A stretch of 64,000 nt of DNA from Selaginella moellendorffii (taxonomy: Eukaryota > Plantae > Lycopodiophyta). The first letter of the stretch is position 1, and the number at the start of each line of letters is the position of its first letter. The position numbers and the translations under genes were made by a program. The stretch is taken from positions 2,615,266 to 2,679,265 of the forward strand of contig NW_003314261.1 in the NCBI RefSeq assembly GCF_000143415.4, in the 5' to 3' direction. Positions 23,979 to 37,918 of the stretch are shown in pieces. A model generated the notes under the pieces. That model was given only the letters and a program-made list of their open reading frames with translations, searched no databases and was not told the DNA's origin.

Positions 23979-25124
23979 TTATACTTGTGCTGTAGCTCCA
24001 GCAACGATCTCGAGGATCTCTCCAGTGATCTTGGCTTGTCGCTGCCGGTTGTAAGTGATGGACAGGCTCTTCTTGAGATCCGAGGCATTCTCACTGGCGT
24101 TGTTCATGGCGTTCATCCTCGAGGCGAGCTCGCTGGCCACGGACTCTTGCAGCGCTCGCAGGAGCTGGCTGTTGAGGTAGAGTGGCAGCAGCGCGTCGAG
24201 GATCTGGACGGGCTCCTGCTCGAAGATCATGACTCCGCTAAACGGAGTCACCTCCGTCTTGAACGTATCACGCTCGACCGTGAGCTTGCCGTCCTTGGTG
24301 GTAAGCCGGAACATCTCATCCTCGTCCGCGTCTACACAGTTTCCATTGATGTCGCAGACCTGTCCCTGTGGAGAGAGCGGCAGCAGCGTGTGGATCACTG
24401 GCTCCGACTTGATGAGCGACACGAACTTGGTGTAGAGGAGCTCCACCTTGTCCACCTCCTCGCTCACGAACAGCGCGAAGAGCTCGTCGGCGATGGCCTG
24501 GGCCTCCGAGGTTGTGGGAGCCGAGCCGGTCTGGTACGTCTTGTCCAGTGGGATGTATGGCCGCCTCGTGAAGTAAGCATTGCCTTTCTTTCCAATGCTG
24601 ATCACCGTGAGCTCCACAGTGTCCTTGAGCTGCCGCATCCTCTCCTCGGCCTTCTTGAGCACTGTGTTGTTGAATCCTCCGCAGAGGCCTCGATCGCCAG
24701 TGACGACGACGAGCGCGACCTTCTTCACGGGCCTCACTTTGGTGAGAGGAGTGTCCACGTCCTCGAGCTGCAATCTCTCGTTGACGTTGTAGAGCACCTG
24801 GACGAGCGCCTCGGAAAAGGGGCGGCCGTTCACCACGGCCTCCTGGGCTCTACGCACCTTGGCCGCCGCCACCAGCTTCATGGCGTCGGTGATCTTCTGC
24901 GTGTTCTTCACCGTGTCGATGCGATCGCGGAGATCCTTGAGGCTGCACACCGCCACGGAGCGTCCCCGGCTGGCCCTGCTCTCGAGCTCGCCGCACAGCT
25001 CGCCGCCGCCGACGAAATCCGAGCGGCGCAGCTTGGAAAATTCGCAGCTGCCGCTCGGGCTGGCGACGCACCTTCTGGATCGGGAAGCTCCGGCCATCGT
25101 CATCGATGGGATCGCGCACGCCAT
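23979..25124 (-). CDS. ATPC: Chloroplast ATP synthase gamma subunit, intronless
   Basis: Transit peptide; LRDRIDTVKNTQKITDAMKLVAAAK; GDRGLCGGFN; redox insert VCDINGNCVD; YNRQRQAKITGEILEI. Confidence 0.97.
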   Translation of the reverse strand: MACAIPSMTMAGASRSRRCVASPSGSCEFSKLRRSDFVGGGELCGELESRASRGRSVAVCSLKDLRDRIDTVKNTQKITDAMKLVAAAKVRRAQEAVVNGRPFSEALVQVLYNVNERLQLEDVDTPLTKVRPVKKVALVVVTGDRGLCGGFNNTVLKKAEERMRQLKDTVELTVISIGKKGNAYFTRRPYIPLDKTYQTGSAPTTSEAQAIADELFALFVSEEVDKVELLYTKFVSLIKSEPVIHTLLPLSPQGQVCDINGNCVDADEDEMFRLTTKDGKLTVERDTFKTEVTPFSGVMIFEQEPVQILDALLPLYLNSQLLRALQESVASELASRMNAMNNASENASDLKKSLSITYNRQRQAKITGEILEIVAGATAQV

Positions 25125-25379
25125 TGCCTCTACCCCTCTCGCTAGAGAGCCCTAAATTTCAAAGTTGTGTGGTGCTCGCTCGCCTCATCCGCCATCGGAC
25201 GACTGGCGTTGCTTCGATTTGCATCCGACGGCTCGACGCCACAGCCTCATCCACAAAAAAATCTTTTTGGCGCGCAAAAGTATATCCTATTTAGTTTAGG
25301 GTTATGGAAACAGCGTGAGGGCTGGCAGCCGGCGAGGACGCCGGCTGCGAATGCCTCGCGTGAAATGTATCCTGCGTGA

Positions 25380-27038
25380 GGCGCCACTGCTTCTTTTTTG
25401 GCATCGGTGTCGCCGCAGCTCTTGATCAGGGGTAATCCGTCCTCACAGGCCGCTCACAAGCCGCGAAGGACGCTGGAAATCTGGAAATCCGTCGTCGGGA
25501 CGCTGGAAATCTGGTGTTGAAGGTATTCTCGCTATTCTTCCTCGCAGATCATTGCTGCTGGCATTGAAGCTGGCCAGGTATCCGAGGTTAGTGAGCGACG
25601 ATGGAATCTCACCTTGCAAGTGGTTAGGGATTCCAGGCTTTCGAGCTGACCAAGCTCGCCAGGGATGATTCCAGAGAAGCTGTTTAAGGAGAGATTTAAG
25701 CTCCGGAGTGCGATGAGTTTACCCAGCTCTGGAGGAATGGTGCCACTCAAGTTATTTGACGACACGAAGAAGCCTCCCACTGTACGAAACACTCCTTTCC
25801 AGTCGACAAGAATGGCAGTGTCAAGGAAGGAAGCCCGGTTGCGAGCAAACTCTTGGTATATTGCATCTCCATTTGCCTGCTGTGAAACATATGATTTCCA
25901 GTCAGTCGTTCTGGGGAAGAACGGAAATGCCGGTTTGTTGCCTGGTGGAACAACTTGCAAGCCTCGGAGTCCTTGGAGCTTACTTGGAATTCCTCCTCGT
26001 AAGGCCAGGATTTGCAACGAGGACAGGTTTCCAATACAGTCTGGGATGGATCCACTGAGTGGTTGAAGGCCAAGCTGAGTATGTCCATGTTGACGAAGCC
26101 ACAGAGCTCATCTGGCAAGCTTCCAGTCAGCTTGTTTCTGCTCAAGTCCATGAAGGCGAGACGATAGGTACTGTTTTCGATGTCAAGGCCTCCGGTTAAA
26201 CTGCTACCAGAGAGATCCAACTTGACTAGTTTGGTGAAGATGTTCGATGGGATGGGGCCTGAGAAGATGTTATTGCCAGCGGTCCAGCAAGTCTCGCAGG
26301 TTTTCAAGTCCAGCGGGAAGCTCTCCACTGAGCGCATTGCCGAAGTTCACAAGGGATGTAGCATTGGCGATGCTCGCTGAAAGGCTGCCATGGAACTGGT
26401 TATTGCAGAGGTTGAGAACCAGCAGCCTTGGAGAGAACAAGCTACTTGGAATCGTTCCTTGGAGTTCGTTCCTCTGCGCCAGAATGCCTTCCAGTCTTGT
26501 ACAGTTGGAGGAATGCTGCCAGATAGCTGGTTTTTAGCAACAGCAAGGAACCTGAAATTACCACCTCGGCAAGCATTCGCTGGTAGTGGTGAGCTACAAT
26601 GGTCGACCTGGGCAGGTCGGGTGAGCTACAATGGTGAGCTTCCAAACTTGAGAGCATTGACTTGTCCAACAACAACTTTAGTGGAGGATTTCCAAAGTTG
26701 AGGTACGCAAGCTTCACGCACTCGAACTAAAGTTGTTGTTGGACAAGTCAATGCTCTCCAAGTTTGGAAGTTTGCAAAGACTGTCCATGCCACTACTGAG
26801 TTGTCCATCCAAATTCGTGTCACGGAGATGGAGCGATCCAACAGAGTTATTGCGACACACCACTCCCGTCCAGCCACAGGGATTGTTGCCATTGTTCTTC
26901 TAGTCACTTAAGATGGTACTTCCAACAGCTGGATTTAAACTTGAGCAAGACTAACTTCTCGTCTTGTTCCTGCATGCACAGTGAGAACAGCGGAAGTGAA
27001 TGGAGAAGCACTGCGCACGAAACATAACATAGATTCAT
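25380..27038 (-). pseudogene. Decayed tandem paralog of the adjacent LRR receptor-like protein
   Basis: Colinear similarity to 27585-29855 (PAFPFFPRTTDWK, ILVDWKG, LIALRSLNLS, FMDLSRN..GSLP.ELCGF.NM). Early stop, multiple frameshifts, deletions and a local inversion. Confidence 0.85.
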
Positions 27039-27584
27039 AGTGGAATCTTTGGGAATTGCGATTCAATTTGAAGACGGTCAGAGGTTATGGCCCGGTCGAG
27101 TCGCCATGGCAGTTCTTTGTGAAACGAAAGGTTACATGTGGATCATAAACGCAATTTTATTTGCATTACCTCCAACCCATCATATCCACAATCAGATTGA
27201 GGCTTGGTTTTACTAAAAAGATTAATTTTCTGTATCTACTTTTCCAATATAAATAACACTTAATTTCATAGTGTAGAGTTTATTCTAATTATAAAACTTA
27301 TCAGTTCATCACTAAATGGTCCTTCATGGATTGGCTAAATGTTATTGTCAGTCATTAATTGTTGTGATGGCCAACTTCAAATTCCATCCTCTTCTTCAAA
27401 ATCAGTTAAACATTTGTGGCTTGAATAAATACTGAGTGCTTCCAAATATTTATATTTTAAATCTAAATTCTAATATAATATATAAATATAATTTAAAGAA
27501 ATAAAAAATAATTGTCCTGAATGAACAAATATCTCTATGATTTTAAGAGATAGCTTACTTCAGGCGGACAAAAACATATTTTTC

Positions 27585-29855
27585 TTATGGGCGATAAAAG
27601 AACAGAGTCACGGCCAGCGCGGACACGAAGCCGGCGAGGGTGCCGATTGCAAATGCCTCGACCGAAATATCTGTGGCATGTGGCGCCGCCATTTCTTCCG
27701 CATTGGTGTCGCCGCAGCTCTTGATCAGGGGTAATCCGCACAGACCGCTGTTCGATTGGAAGCACGACGCCGGAAATCTGGTGTTGAAGGTATTCTCGCT
27801 TGGGATTCTTCCTCGCAGATCGTTGCTGCTGGCATTGAAGCTGGCCAGGTATCCAAGGTTAGTGAGCGAGGATGGAATCTGGCCAGATAAGTGGTTGCTG
27901 GATACATCCAGGGATTCCAGGTTTTGGAGCTGACCAATCTCGCCAGGGATTCCTCCAGAGAAGCTGTTGAACGAGAGATTTAAGCTCCGGAGGGCGATGA
28001 GTCTTCCCAGCTCTGGTGGAATGGAGCCCGTGAGCCTGTTGGACGACACATCTATGGTCGTCGTGGTGGTAAATACATCTCCAACCAGCCGAAACGTTCC
28101 TTTCCAGTCGACAAGGATGGAGTAGCCTTGCATTTGCCGGAACAAGTTCCGGCTATCTAGGAATGCCGTCCTCCAGTCGAAGTATACCGAGTCTCCAAAC
28201 ATCTGAGTCCACTGCGCTAGAAAAGGCTTCCAGTCGGTGGTTCTTGGGAAGAACGGGAACGCCGGCCTGTTGCCTTGAGGGACGACTTGCAATCCTCGGA
28301 GTCCCTGGAGCTCACTTGGGAACTCTCCTCGCAAAGAGTTGTGCGAGAGGTCGAGGATTTGCAACGAGGACAGGTTTCCAAGGCAGTCTGGAATGAAGCC
28401 GTCGAGATGGTTGAAGGCCAGGCTGAGTACGTGCATGTTGATGAAACCACAGAGCTCACTTGGCAAGCTTCCAGTGAGCTGGTTCCTGCTCAAGTCCATG
28501 AAGACGAGATGGCTGCTGCTGTTGTCGATGCCAAGTTCTCCGCTGAAGTTGTTGCCGGAGACATCCAGCATGACCGGTCTAGAGAACAAGCTTGGCGGGA
28601 TGGAGCCCGAGAACCTGTTGTTTCCTGCGGAGAAGTCCAGCAGATCAACCAGGTTTGCAAATCCAGCAGGAAGCTCTCCACTGAGCTCGTTGTTGCAAAT
28701 TCCGAGGAAGGCAAGTGATGTAGCGTTGCCGATGCTCGCCGGAAGGCTGCCATGGAGCTGGTTACTGCAGAGGTTGAGGGCCAGTAGACTTGGAGTGAAA
28801 AAGCTGGCGGGAATGGTCCCTTCGAGCTGGTTGCTGGGTGCATAGAAGACTTCCAGTTTTGTACAGTTGGAGTATGAAGGAGGAATGCTGCCGGAGAGAT
28901 TGTTTCCATCCAGACCGACGAAGCTGAGGCGATCACCTCGACAAAGATTTGCTGGTAATGGACCAGTTAAACCGTTCAGTGCTGCCTCGAAGTCTTCGAG
29001 CGCAGAGTGGAGGCCAAACTCTTGTGGGATCTCACCGCCAAGTCTGTTATCAAAGAGCGAAATGCGTCTCAAGCTGGGAAGCCTGGCCAGTTCCACGGGG
29101 ATGCCACCGCTCAGGTTGTTCCCTGCTAGTCGCAACACTTCCAACCGCCTGAGCTGAGAAAATGCGAGAGGAATCCTCCCCGAAAGGATGTTCTTCCACA
29201 GCTGGAGCTCGCGGAGCCTGGACAGTCTGCCAAACTCACCAGGTATTTCTCCAGTTAGCTTGTTCTTTGCCAGGGACAACATTCTTAGATTGATCATGCT
29301 GATGTTCCAGGGAATAGTGCCACTCAGGTTGTTCCTGGAGAGATCAAGTAGTCGCAAGGTCTCTATGCTCATCATGTCCCAAGGGATTTGTCCCTGTATT
29401 CCATTCCGCGAGAGATCAAGCACCAGCAGCCGGCTAAGATTGCGGAAGCCCGACGCAGGAAGCTCACCAGAGATGCCATTGAAGCTCAAGTTGAGGTATC
29501 TAAGCTTGACACACTCGATCAACTGGTCTGGAAATCCTCCACTGAAATTGTTGCTTGACAGGTCGATGCTCTCCAAGGCTGGAAGCTGGCAAAGATTGTT
29601 GATTCCACTGAGGCGTCCACGCAAGTTCATACCAGAGAGATGGATCGATCGGACAGAAGAATTGCTACAGGCGACTCCTTCCCAGCCACAGGGACTTGAG
29701 TAATTGCTGCCACTGTTCTTCCAGTCGCTTAAGATCGTGGCATTTCCATCAAGGCTGGATTTAAACCCGAGTAAGATTTTCGTCTCCTCACGTGTGCATA
29801 GCGAGAAAGGCAGAAGGAGCAATGCGACCGAAGCATAGCAAATGATAGCATTCAT
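27585..29855 (-). CDS. LRR receptor-like protein (no kinase), intronless
   Basis: Signal peptide, LRRNT (PCGWEGVAC), many plant LRRs (LxxNxLxGxIP), island domain, LRRCT (NSGLCGLPL), C-terminal TM and very short tail. Confidence 0.93.
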   Translation of the reverse strand: MNAIICYASVALLLLPFSLCTREETKILLGFKSSLDGNATILSDWKNSGSNYSSPCGWEGVACSNSSVRSIHLSGMNLRGRLSGINNLCQLPALESIDLSSNNFSGGFPDQLIECVKLRYLNLSFNGISGELPASGFRNLSRLLVLDLSRNGIQGQIPWDMMSIETLRLLDLSRNNLSGTIPWNISMINLRMLSLAKNKLTGEIPGEFGRLSRLRELQLWKNILSGRIPLAFSQLRRLEVLRLAGNNLSGGIPVELARLPSLRRISLFDNRLGGEIPQEFGLHSALEDFEAALNGLTGPLPANLCRGDRLSFVGLDGNNLSGSIPPSYSNCTKLEVFYAPSNQLEGTIPASFFTPSLLALNLCSNQLHGSLPASIGNATSLAFLGICNNELSGELPAGFANLVDLLDFSAGNNRFSGSIPPSLFSRPVMLDVSGNNFSGELGIDNSSSHLVFMDLSRNQLTGSLPSELCGFINMHVLSLAFNHLDGFIPDCLGNLSSLQILDLSHNSLRGEFPSELQGLRGLQVVPQGNRPAFPFFPRTTDWKPFLAQWTQMFGDSVYFDWRTAFLDSRNLFRQMQGYSILVDWKGTFRLVGDVFTTTTTIDVSSNRLTGSIPPELGRLIALRSLNLSFNSFSGGIPGEIGQLQNLESLDVSSNHLSGQIPSSLTNLGYLASFNASSNDLRGRIPSENTFNTRFPASCFQSNSGLCGLPLIKSCGDTNAEEMAAPHATDISVEAFAIGTLAGFVSALAVTLFFYRP

Positions 29856-32800
29856 GACAGAAATCTTGGATGCTGCTCGACAGCGCTGCGACGGCTGTAT
29901 ACTCGAATTTCAAAGTCGCGGTCAAGCCCGAGACAACGTTTTTCTCAATCACGAAAGTGAAACGTTTGAATTTTCAAAAGTTAGGGCATATTATATTACT
30001 ACTTTTTACCACTTTTTGAGCCTTTAAATTTGTACTATGGAGTTTCTCTTGCTTCTGAATGGTTTAGTGACTTTTTATGAGTTTTTTTTTTCTAATATAA
30101 AGTTATTCTCAAATCTTATTTTGCTTATGACTGTAGCATTTTCTCTAAAATTTGTCAGGGCTTTTAAATTATAATGTTTAGTTATTTTAAGCTCTCTTTT
30201 TTTTTGAGAAAATTGAGCTTACACAATAATTTAGTATTTAGATCTTAACAGTCAAGTATAAAATATAAATAAAGAACTTAAATCTAATGGGTTTGATATT
30301 GCAAAAACTATAAGTAATTATTTTTATCCTTAATAAATCTATTCCATTAAGTTATCATTCCTTTAGTTGAGTGCTACACTTATAAAATATGAAAGTAAGG
30401 ATTTTAATTAAAACTAAAATTTAATATGGGTAATGAATAAGGATGAATATCTCCCTTTAATATTGTAATAAATTTTCTTTATTCCAGATGATATTTTGCC
30501 TTCTAATTCTTAAATTTTCTTGATGATCCCACTACTATAAATATTTTTGTAATTTATAAAACTTCATTAAAAAAAATATTTTAGTTTTTATCTAAACTAA
30601 TTTTATTTTTACTGGATTAATATATTATTATTTAACAATAAAAATCTCACAACTAGTTATGATTTTAGAAGGCTAATTTATATAGTAATGGTATATTTTG
30701 CAACTATTAAAAAATTTATAATTTTTCATAAGTGAGAAGAGTTGTTTGATTTTTATAATTAGAGGTGAGTCATGTAAAACAAATCTTTCATAAAACAACT
30801 CTATCTTCTTGTTTGTTTAAGCAAACCTGTAAGGGATGGTAATGAATATACCTAGAATATGCTTGAATATTTTAGGATATTCTATCATCCAATGGTGGTT
30901 ATTCATTTAAATTAATTTCATATTTATAATTTATAAACATGTTTATAATTTATAAACTTTTCTAACCACTTTGTATCATCATGAGCATGTGTGGTTTTTG
31001 GAGCATGAGCCAAAAAAACCATGTAATGTATAGTGCATTGGTTGGGTTCTATGTCCAGAATGGCAATTGCAAGGGAGCTCTCAAAGTTCCATTGCCAAGG
31101 CCCTCAATGCAGCCACCACCATGAAGCAGAGAATCTGGAGCTCCAGGGCTGGATGGATGAGGCAGCCAGTGATCCATGTGAAGGGAAGAATGAAAACGAG
31201 GAGGAGTGCTCATAGGGGGCTCCCAGCCTCAATTGCAACAAGCATGAAGTATTGAAACCAGCTCGGAGATTTGAGCAAGGCCCCCTCGAGATCAATCATG
31301 ATGCTATCGTTGTTCCTGGCCACTGTATTCTCCACTAGCTCCAATGGATTGCTCTTGTCCCTGGGAAGCATCAAGAAAATCATATTTGAACTAGTGAATT
31401 GATTGAGAATTGCCTCTCCCTGAAGGTTTGAGTTGAGAGCCATGATCCAGGATCAGAAACCCACCAAGGCAGTACTGATCCAGAATCAATCAATCAACCT
31501 GGAACACATCCATGGATGGAGCTTAGATCTTCCTCCATATGGCTGCTAGAAAACAAAGATCAGTGGAAGAAAGAGAGTCTTTTCAAAGAGGAGTCATTGG
31601 GAAGAGCAAATTGAGGCTCAATTTATGGATAGTGACCAAACCTTGAGTTTTGGAGGAAACCATGACATAAACATTGGGCTTTGACTTGGATGCATGAGTC
31701 CACACAAATGACAATCTTTCTATTCCTATTCCTTCCTCTTTTTTAAAGCAACAGATGGAAGGAGATTGTAGCAGCTGAGGAGTGGAGTCAAGTTGCTTCT
31801 AGCTTTAGCTTGGATGATGATGAGAAGTATCTAGCAAGGATGTTTACAACAAGGAGAGTTGAAAAGGTTTGTCACATGTGGAATTGGTATATTATCTACC
31901 CTAACCCTAATTGATGGATTTTAATTTTTAGCTCAAAGTTTTTTTTTGTTTAAGTGAAGGCTAGTTTATTTTTGGCTCTTTTTACTAATAAAATTAACTA
32001 AAGATAATTCTGTTTAATCAATCATATAGATATGTCAAATTTTGATTGTGCTATGGATGTTGTTCAGTTGTCACCCCCTGAGGATATGTCAACAGAAACA
32101 AATTATTATGAAGGTTTGGTTTTTCTCTTTATTCTTTAGTATTTCTTGATTTATTTCTTTTTGGTTTTGTAGTTTCACAAGCAAAGAGGACAAAGCTGAC
32201 CATCCTAAAAGCCACTATTGCATCACTTAACTTTGAAAAAGTAAATTCAACCAAGATTCTTGAGTTGAAGATTTTATCTATGTATGGTTTTGAAATCCTT
32301 TTTTTTCTGTAGTTTTGATTTACTTTTTGCCTAGGTATGGAACTTATATAGTTCATCTTGCACAGAACACTCTATGAAGTGCAAAATACTTAATTTATAT
32401 AATGGATTGTATAGATATGCATGGCTTGCAAACTTTAACTATATATAGTGATTCATCTATGTGTGTGTGATTATATAATAAATTTATGGTTGGCAAATGT
32501 TTCTCACTTACAAGATTTGTAATTTAAAAAAAAAATTAACAAGATTGTAATTATCTCACTTCAAATGGATTGAATGATAGAAAAACCTAATTTACCACCA
32601 TGGAAGTTCAGAAAAGTTCTTTATATTACAGATTCTTCTATCATTCAAATTATAAATGATTTTGATGTTAAACTAAGATTACAGCCAACTAAAGCCAACT
32701 TCATCTTTAATGGCTACTAGAGTTTATCCACAAGCTATACATGCTGTTATAATCAACATTGGTGTTTTTCCTAAAATAAAGATTGTTTTTTCTTATAAGG

Positions 32801-33059
32801 ACATAACTATGGTAATGTTTTTTCCTATTTAATTTTCTATTTCTAAGATATTTTTCACAGCCCTTTATGCATCTAGAGTGTGAAGAGCAGTATCATCATA
32901 TTGTACCAGATTTATATGCTGGATACATGCCAAAGTTTTTATTTTTTAATATTATGAAAAGCATGAGTGTGTCAGGTGATTTAGCAACACTTGGAAGTAC
33001 TTTATTTTTGCTACTAGTTGATTCAAACAAAATTCAGAGGCTCAATGAAGTTTATAGAA

Positions 33060-34620
33060 ACACACCGTGGGCTCACTTCTAAAGACACCACCCATGGAAA
33101 AATAATTTTAAAATCTATGAACTTACTGAAATAATGAGGCAAAAATATTATATAATCTTTATAAAAGATTTAAATAAAATAAAAATAGGAGAACAAACAG
33201 ATAAGAAGCTAGAATAACAAATCATCACAGATACATATAACACAAATATTATTCTATATTTGCAACTAATGAACAAGTAAAAGAACATAATGAAAAATAA
33301 TACAACACATACAAGGTAAAGATATAATTATAGAAGCATAAGACAAATATGGAAATTTCTGTCCTATATATTTCACACTGCCAGATGACACAAGAAAAAC
33401 ACAAGGAGTACATAAAATATTACATTTTAAAAGAAAATGGCAATTGAAATAACACAAAATATAGCAACAGAAGATGGATTAATAAATGGAGCAGATGGAG
33501 TATTACAAGATGTAACCCAGATTGAAGAAGAACAAATAATGTGGATAGAATTCCCAAATATAAAAACAGGTGAAAAATCAAGAGCTAAAGAAAACATAAT
33601 AATAAAGAAAAATAATGAAAAAACTGGACACCAATAAAAAAAACTAACAAGAATAATAAATATTACTAAAAATATAAATTATGTTATAAGTAGAACCCAA
33701 TTTCCAGTACAACCATGTGCAGGAAGAACAATACATAGAACACAAGGATCAACAGTTATGCAATTAAGATATGACCCATATAAAATAAAATATCCAGAAC
33801 AAGCATATACAGCATTATCAAGAGCATAAACACTAAAAGGTAGACATTTATATAGACCAAATGAACATAAACATATTAAAATCAATAAAGATGCAGTTAA
33901 GGAAATAATAAGAATGACAGCAGAAGCACCATGGCAAATTGATTTAATAGATTTACAAGAAGAAAAAATAGCTAACCAAATAATTATACAAATTTTAAAT
34001 ACAAGATCTATTACTGCACATCAAGAAGATATAAAGAGTGATTCACATTTATTAACATCCGATATAATATGTATGCAAGAAGTAAGAACCCAAAAACATG
34101 AGGATTTATATTTTAATAAATATAAATCATATATACATGAACAACCCCCACATATAGCAATATTGCATACAAATGACTACAAATCAGAAATAGTAGAACA
34201 TTTTAAAACAGAAATAATGGCAATGTCATATATATCACTAGAATTTTTTTTAAAAAATTACAGATAATAAATTTACATAAAAAATCTGGAACAAATATAC
34301 AAATATTCATAAAACAACTACAAAAATATATACAGAAAATATATATAAAAAACCATTAATAATTACAGAAGATTTTAATATTGACTACCAAAAAGAAGAA
34401 GCAAAACCACTTCAAATAGTAATGGAGAAAGAAGGATACATATAAATAATAAAACACAATACACGTAATAATAAATAATAGATCATATATGGATAAAAGA
34501 TATAATATATACAAAAGCAGGAATTGCATATTGGACAGATCATAACAAATTATATATCGTAATAAAAAATATTTAAAAACAAAAGCAAGCCAAGCGTTGC
34601 TACAACACAATGCACAGCAA
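33060..34620 (+). mobile_element. Degenerate Helitron 3' portion: PIF1-like helicase followed by an APE/EEP endonuclease (Helentron-like)
   Basis: Helicase motifs IYELTEIMRQK (~33113), QNIATEDGLINGADG, RTQFPVQPCAGRTIHRTQG (~33692), AYTALSR (~33802). Endonuclease motifs ILNTRS, DIICMQEV, EDFNID (~34370), IDHIW (~34480), TDH (~34536). Interrupted by stops and frameshifts. Confidence 0.8.
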
Positions 34621-34706
34621 TTTTATTCTTTCATTATTTTAAAATAAATAATAGAGGTTCTTTTATTCTTGTTCTTCTTCTTATTTAGAAATGAATACTT
34701 GGCCTA

Positions 34707-34716
34707 GTATATAAAA
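34707..34716 (+). promoter_or_regulatory. TATA box of the CVNH gene
   Basis: GTATATAAAA ~70 bp upstream of the ATG at 34782. Confidence 0.45.
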
Positions 34717-34781
34717 TTCCAAATTTCCACATGAATTTCTTAAAGCTGTTAAAATGTGTCAGACACATTTAATTTAGTAGA

Positions 34782-35267
34782 ATGGACTTTCATCTTTCTC
34801 TCATTGTTATGCTTTTGATTGCTTTGGTGAAAGCACAGGTCTTTTTGAATGAGTTTAATTTTTTTTCTATAACAAAACTATTCCCAAAATCTTATTTGGC
34901 TCAGGATTGTGGCTTCTTCTCCAGGACGTGTGGGAGCTATCAAATTACAAGGCTTGGTTACTTTTGGGCTACTTGCTTCAGAGAAAATCGAGCCTACTCA
35001 GTGAATTGGTATATCATTCTCAACTATTACGTAGAAAATGTGAATGGAGAGCTCAAACCCGGTGGCTCAGGCTTTGCACAAACATGTGATGGCCTACAAA
35101 TCGTAAAATTTGACACTGAATCTTCAGATCCCAACCACAGAAGGACAGGAATTGGAGGCTATTGCAAAGATTTCAATGGAACCCAAAACTGGTCACAATT
35201 TGATGTGGATTCCCATGTAATGAATAAGGATGGGTATCTTAAATGGTGTGGTCCTTGGACATGGTAA
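34782..35267 (+). CDS. Secreted cyanovirin-N homolog (CVNH lectin); probable 66-bp in-frame intron at 34839-34904
   Basis: Signal peptide MDFHLSLIVMLLIALVKAQ. Two CVN repeats: FSRTC...ATC...LNYYVENVNGELK / FAQTC...GYC...VDSHVMNKDGYLKW, matching cyanovirin-N FSQTC..LNSVIENVDGSLK / FIETC..LDDHIANIDGTLKY. Confidence 0.85.
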   Translation: MDFHLSLIVMLLIALVKAQVFLNEFNFFSITKLFPKSYLAQDCGFFSRTCGSYQITRLGYFWATCFRENRAYSVNWYIILNYYVENVNGELKPGGSGFAQTCDGLQIVKFDTESSDPNHRRTGIGGYCKDFNGTQNWSQFDVDSHVMNKDGYLKWCGPWTW

Positions 35268-35433
35268 TAGAAAGCCTTTTTTTTTAAGCTTCGCGCTACG
35301 TGCATATATTAGGGCTTGCCACTTAATTCTTGGTATTGCAGATGGGCGGAATGCACGACGCCTTTGTGCTTGTCTGCTCCTCCGGGCAAGTAATCAAACA
35401 ATATTTCGTGTAGATTTGAGCTAGACCGCTGAA

Positions 35434-37545
<2,112 letters not shown>

Positions 37546-37918
37546 AAATTCACAATATCTAATTCTATTTGAAACGTTCCACTTAGCCTAGAGCAAAAGA
37601 GATGTTGTGTTTGTGCGAGAATCCCATTACAATGCTGGTACTGTAAGTTTCTATTCTTGTATTCTTCTATAGTCAATCTCATCCGTAGGGCTAGCTCCAC
37701 GATCTCTTCCAGTGCTACCATCCAGTGCTAGGATGAGAGTTGGAGAAAATCTCCATTTGATGCTTTTCAAAATTGGAATTCCCGCAATTTTTCTCTTTTA
37801 GGGTTCCTGTGCTTGAGGTTAGGTTCCGTATGCAATTGGGGGCTGCGATCTTGGAGCGCTGCCGTGATCTCCTGCGCATCGCCTGGATCGTCTGGCGCCC
37901 ACATTGCAAGATGATGAG

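Noticed and set aside
23931-25145. 404-aa ORF antisense to ATPC
   Set aside because: Shadow ORF caused by GC3-rich codon usage; no recognisable domain. The same applies to antisense ORFs over DELLA, MAPK, SBH, CFIm68 and DWF1.
31030-32400. CpG-depleted segment with short ORFs upstream of the Helitron remnant
   Set aside because: No identifiable motifs or termini; may be TE-internal or captured sequence but cannot be supported.
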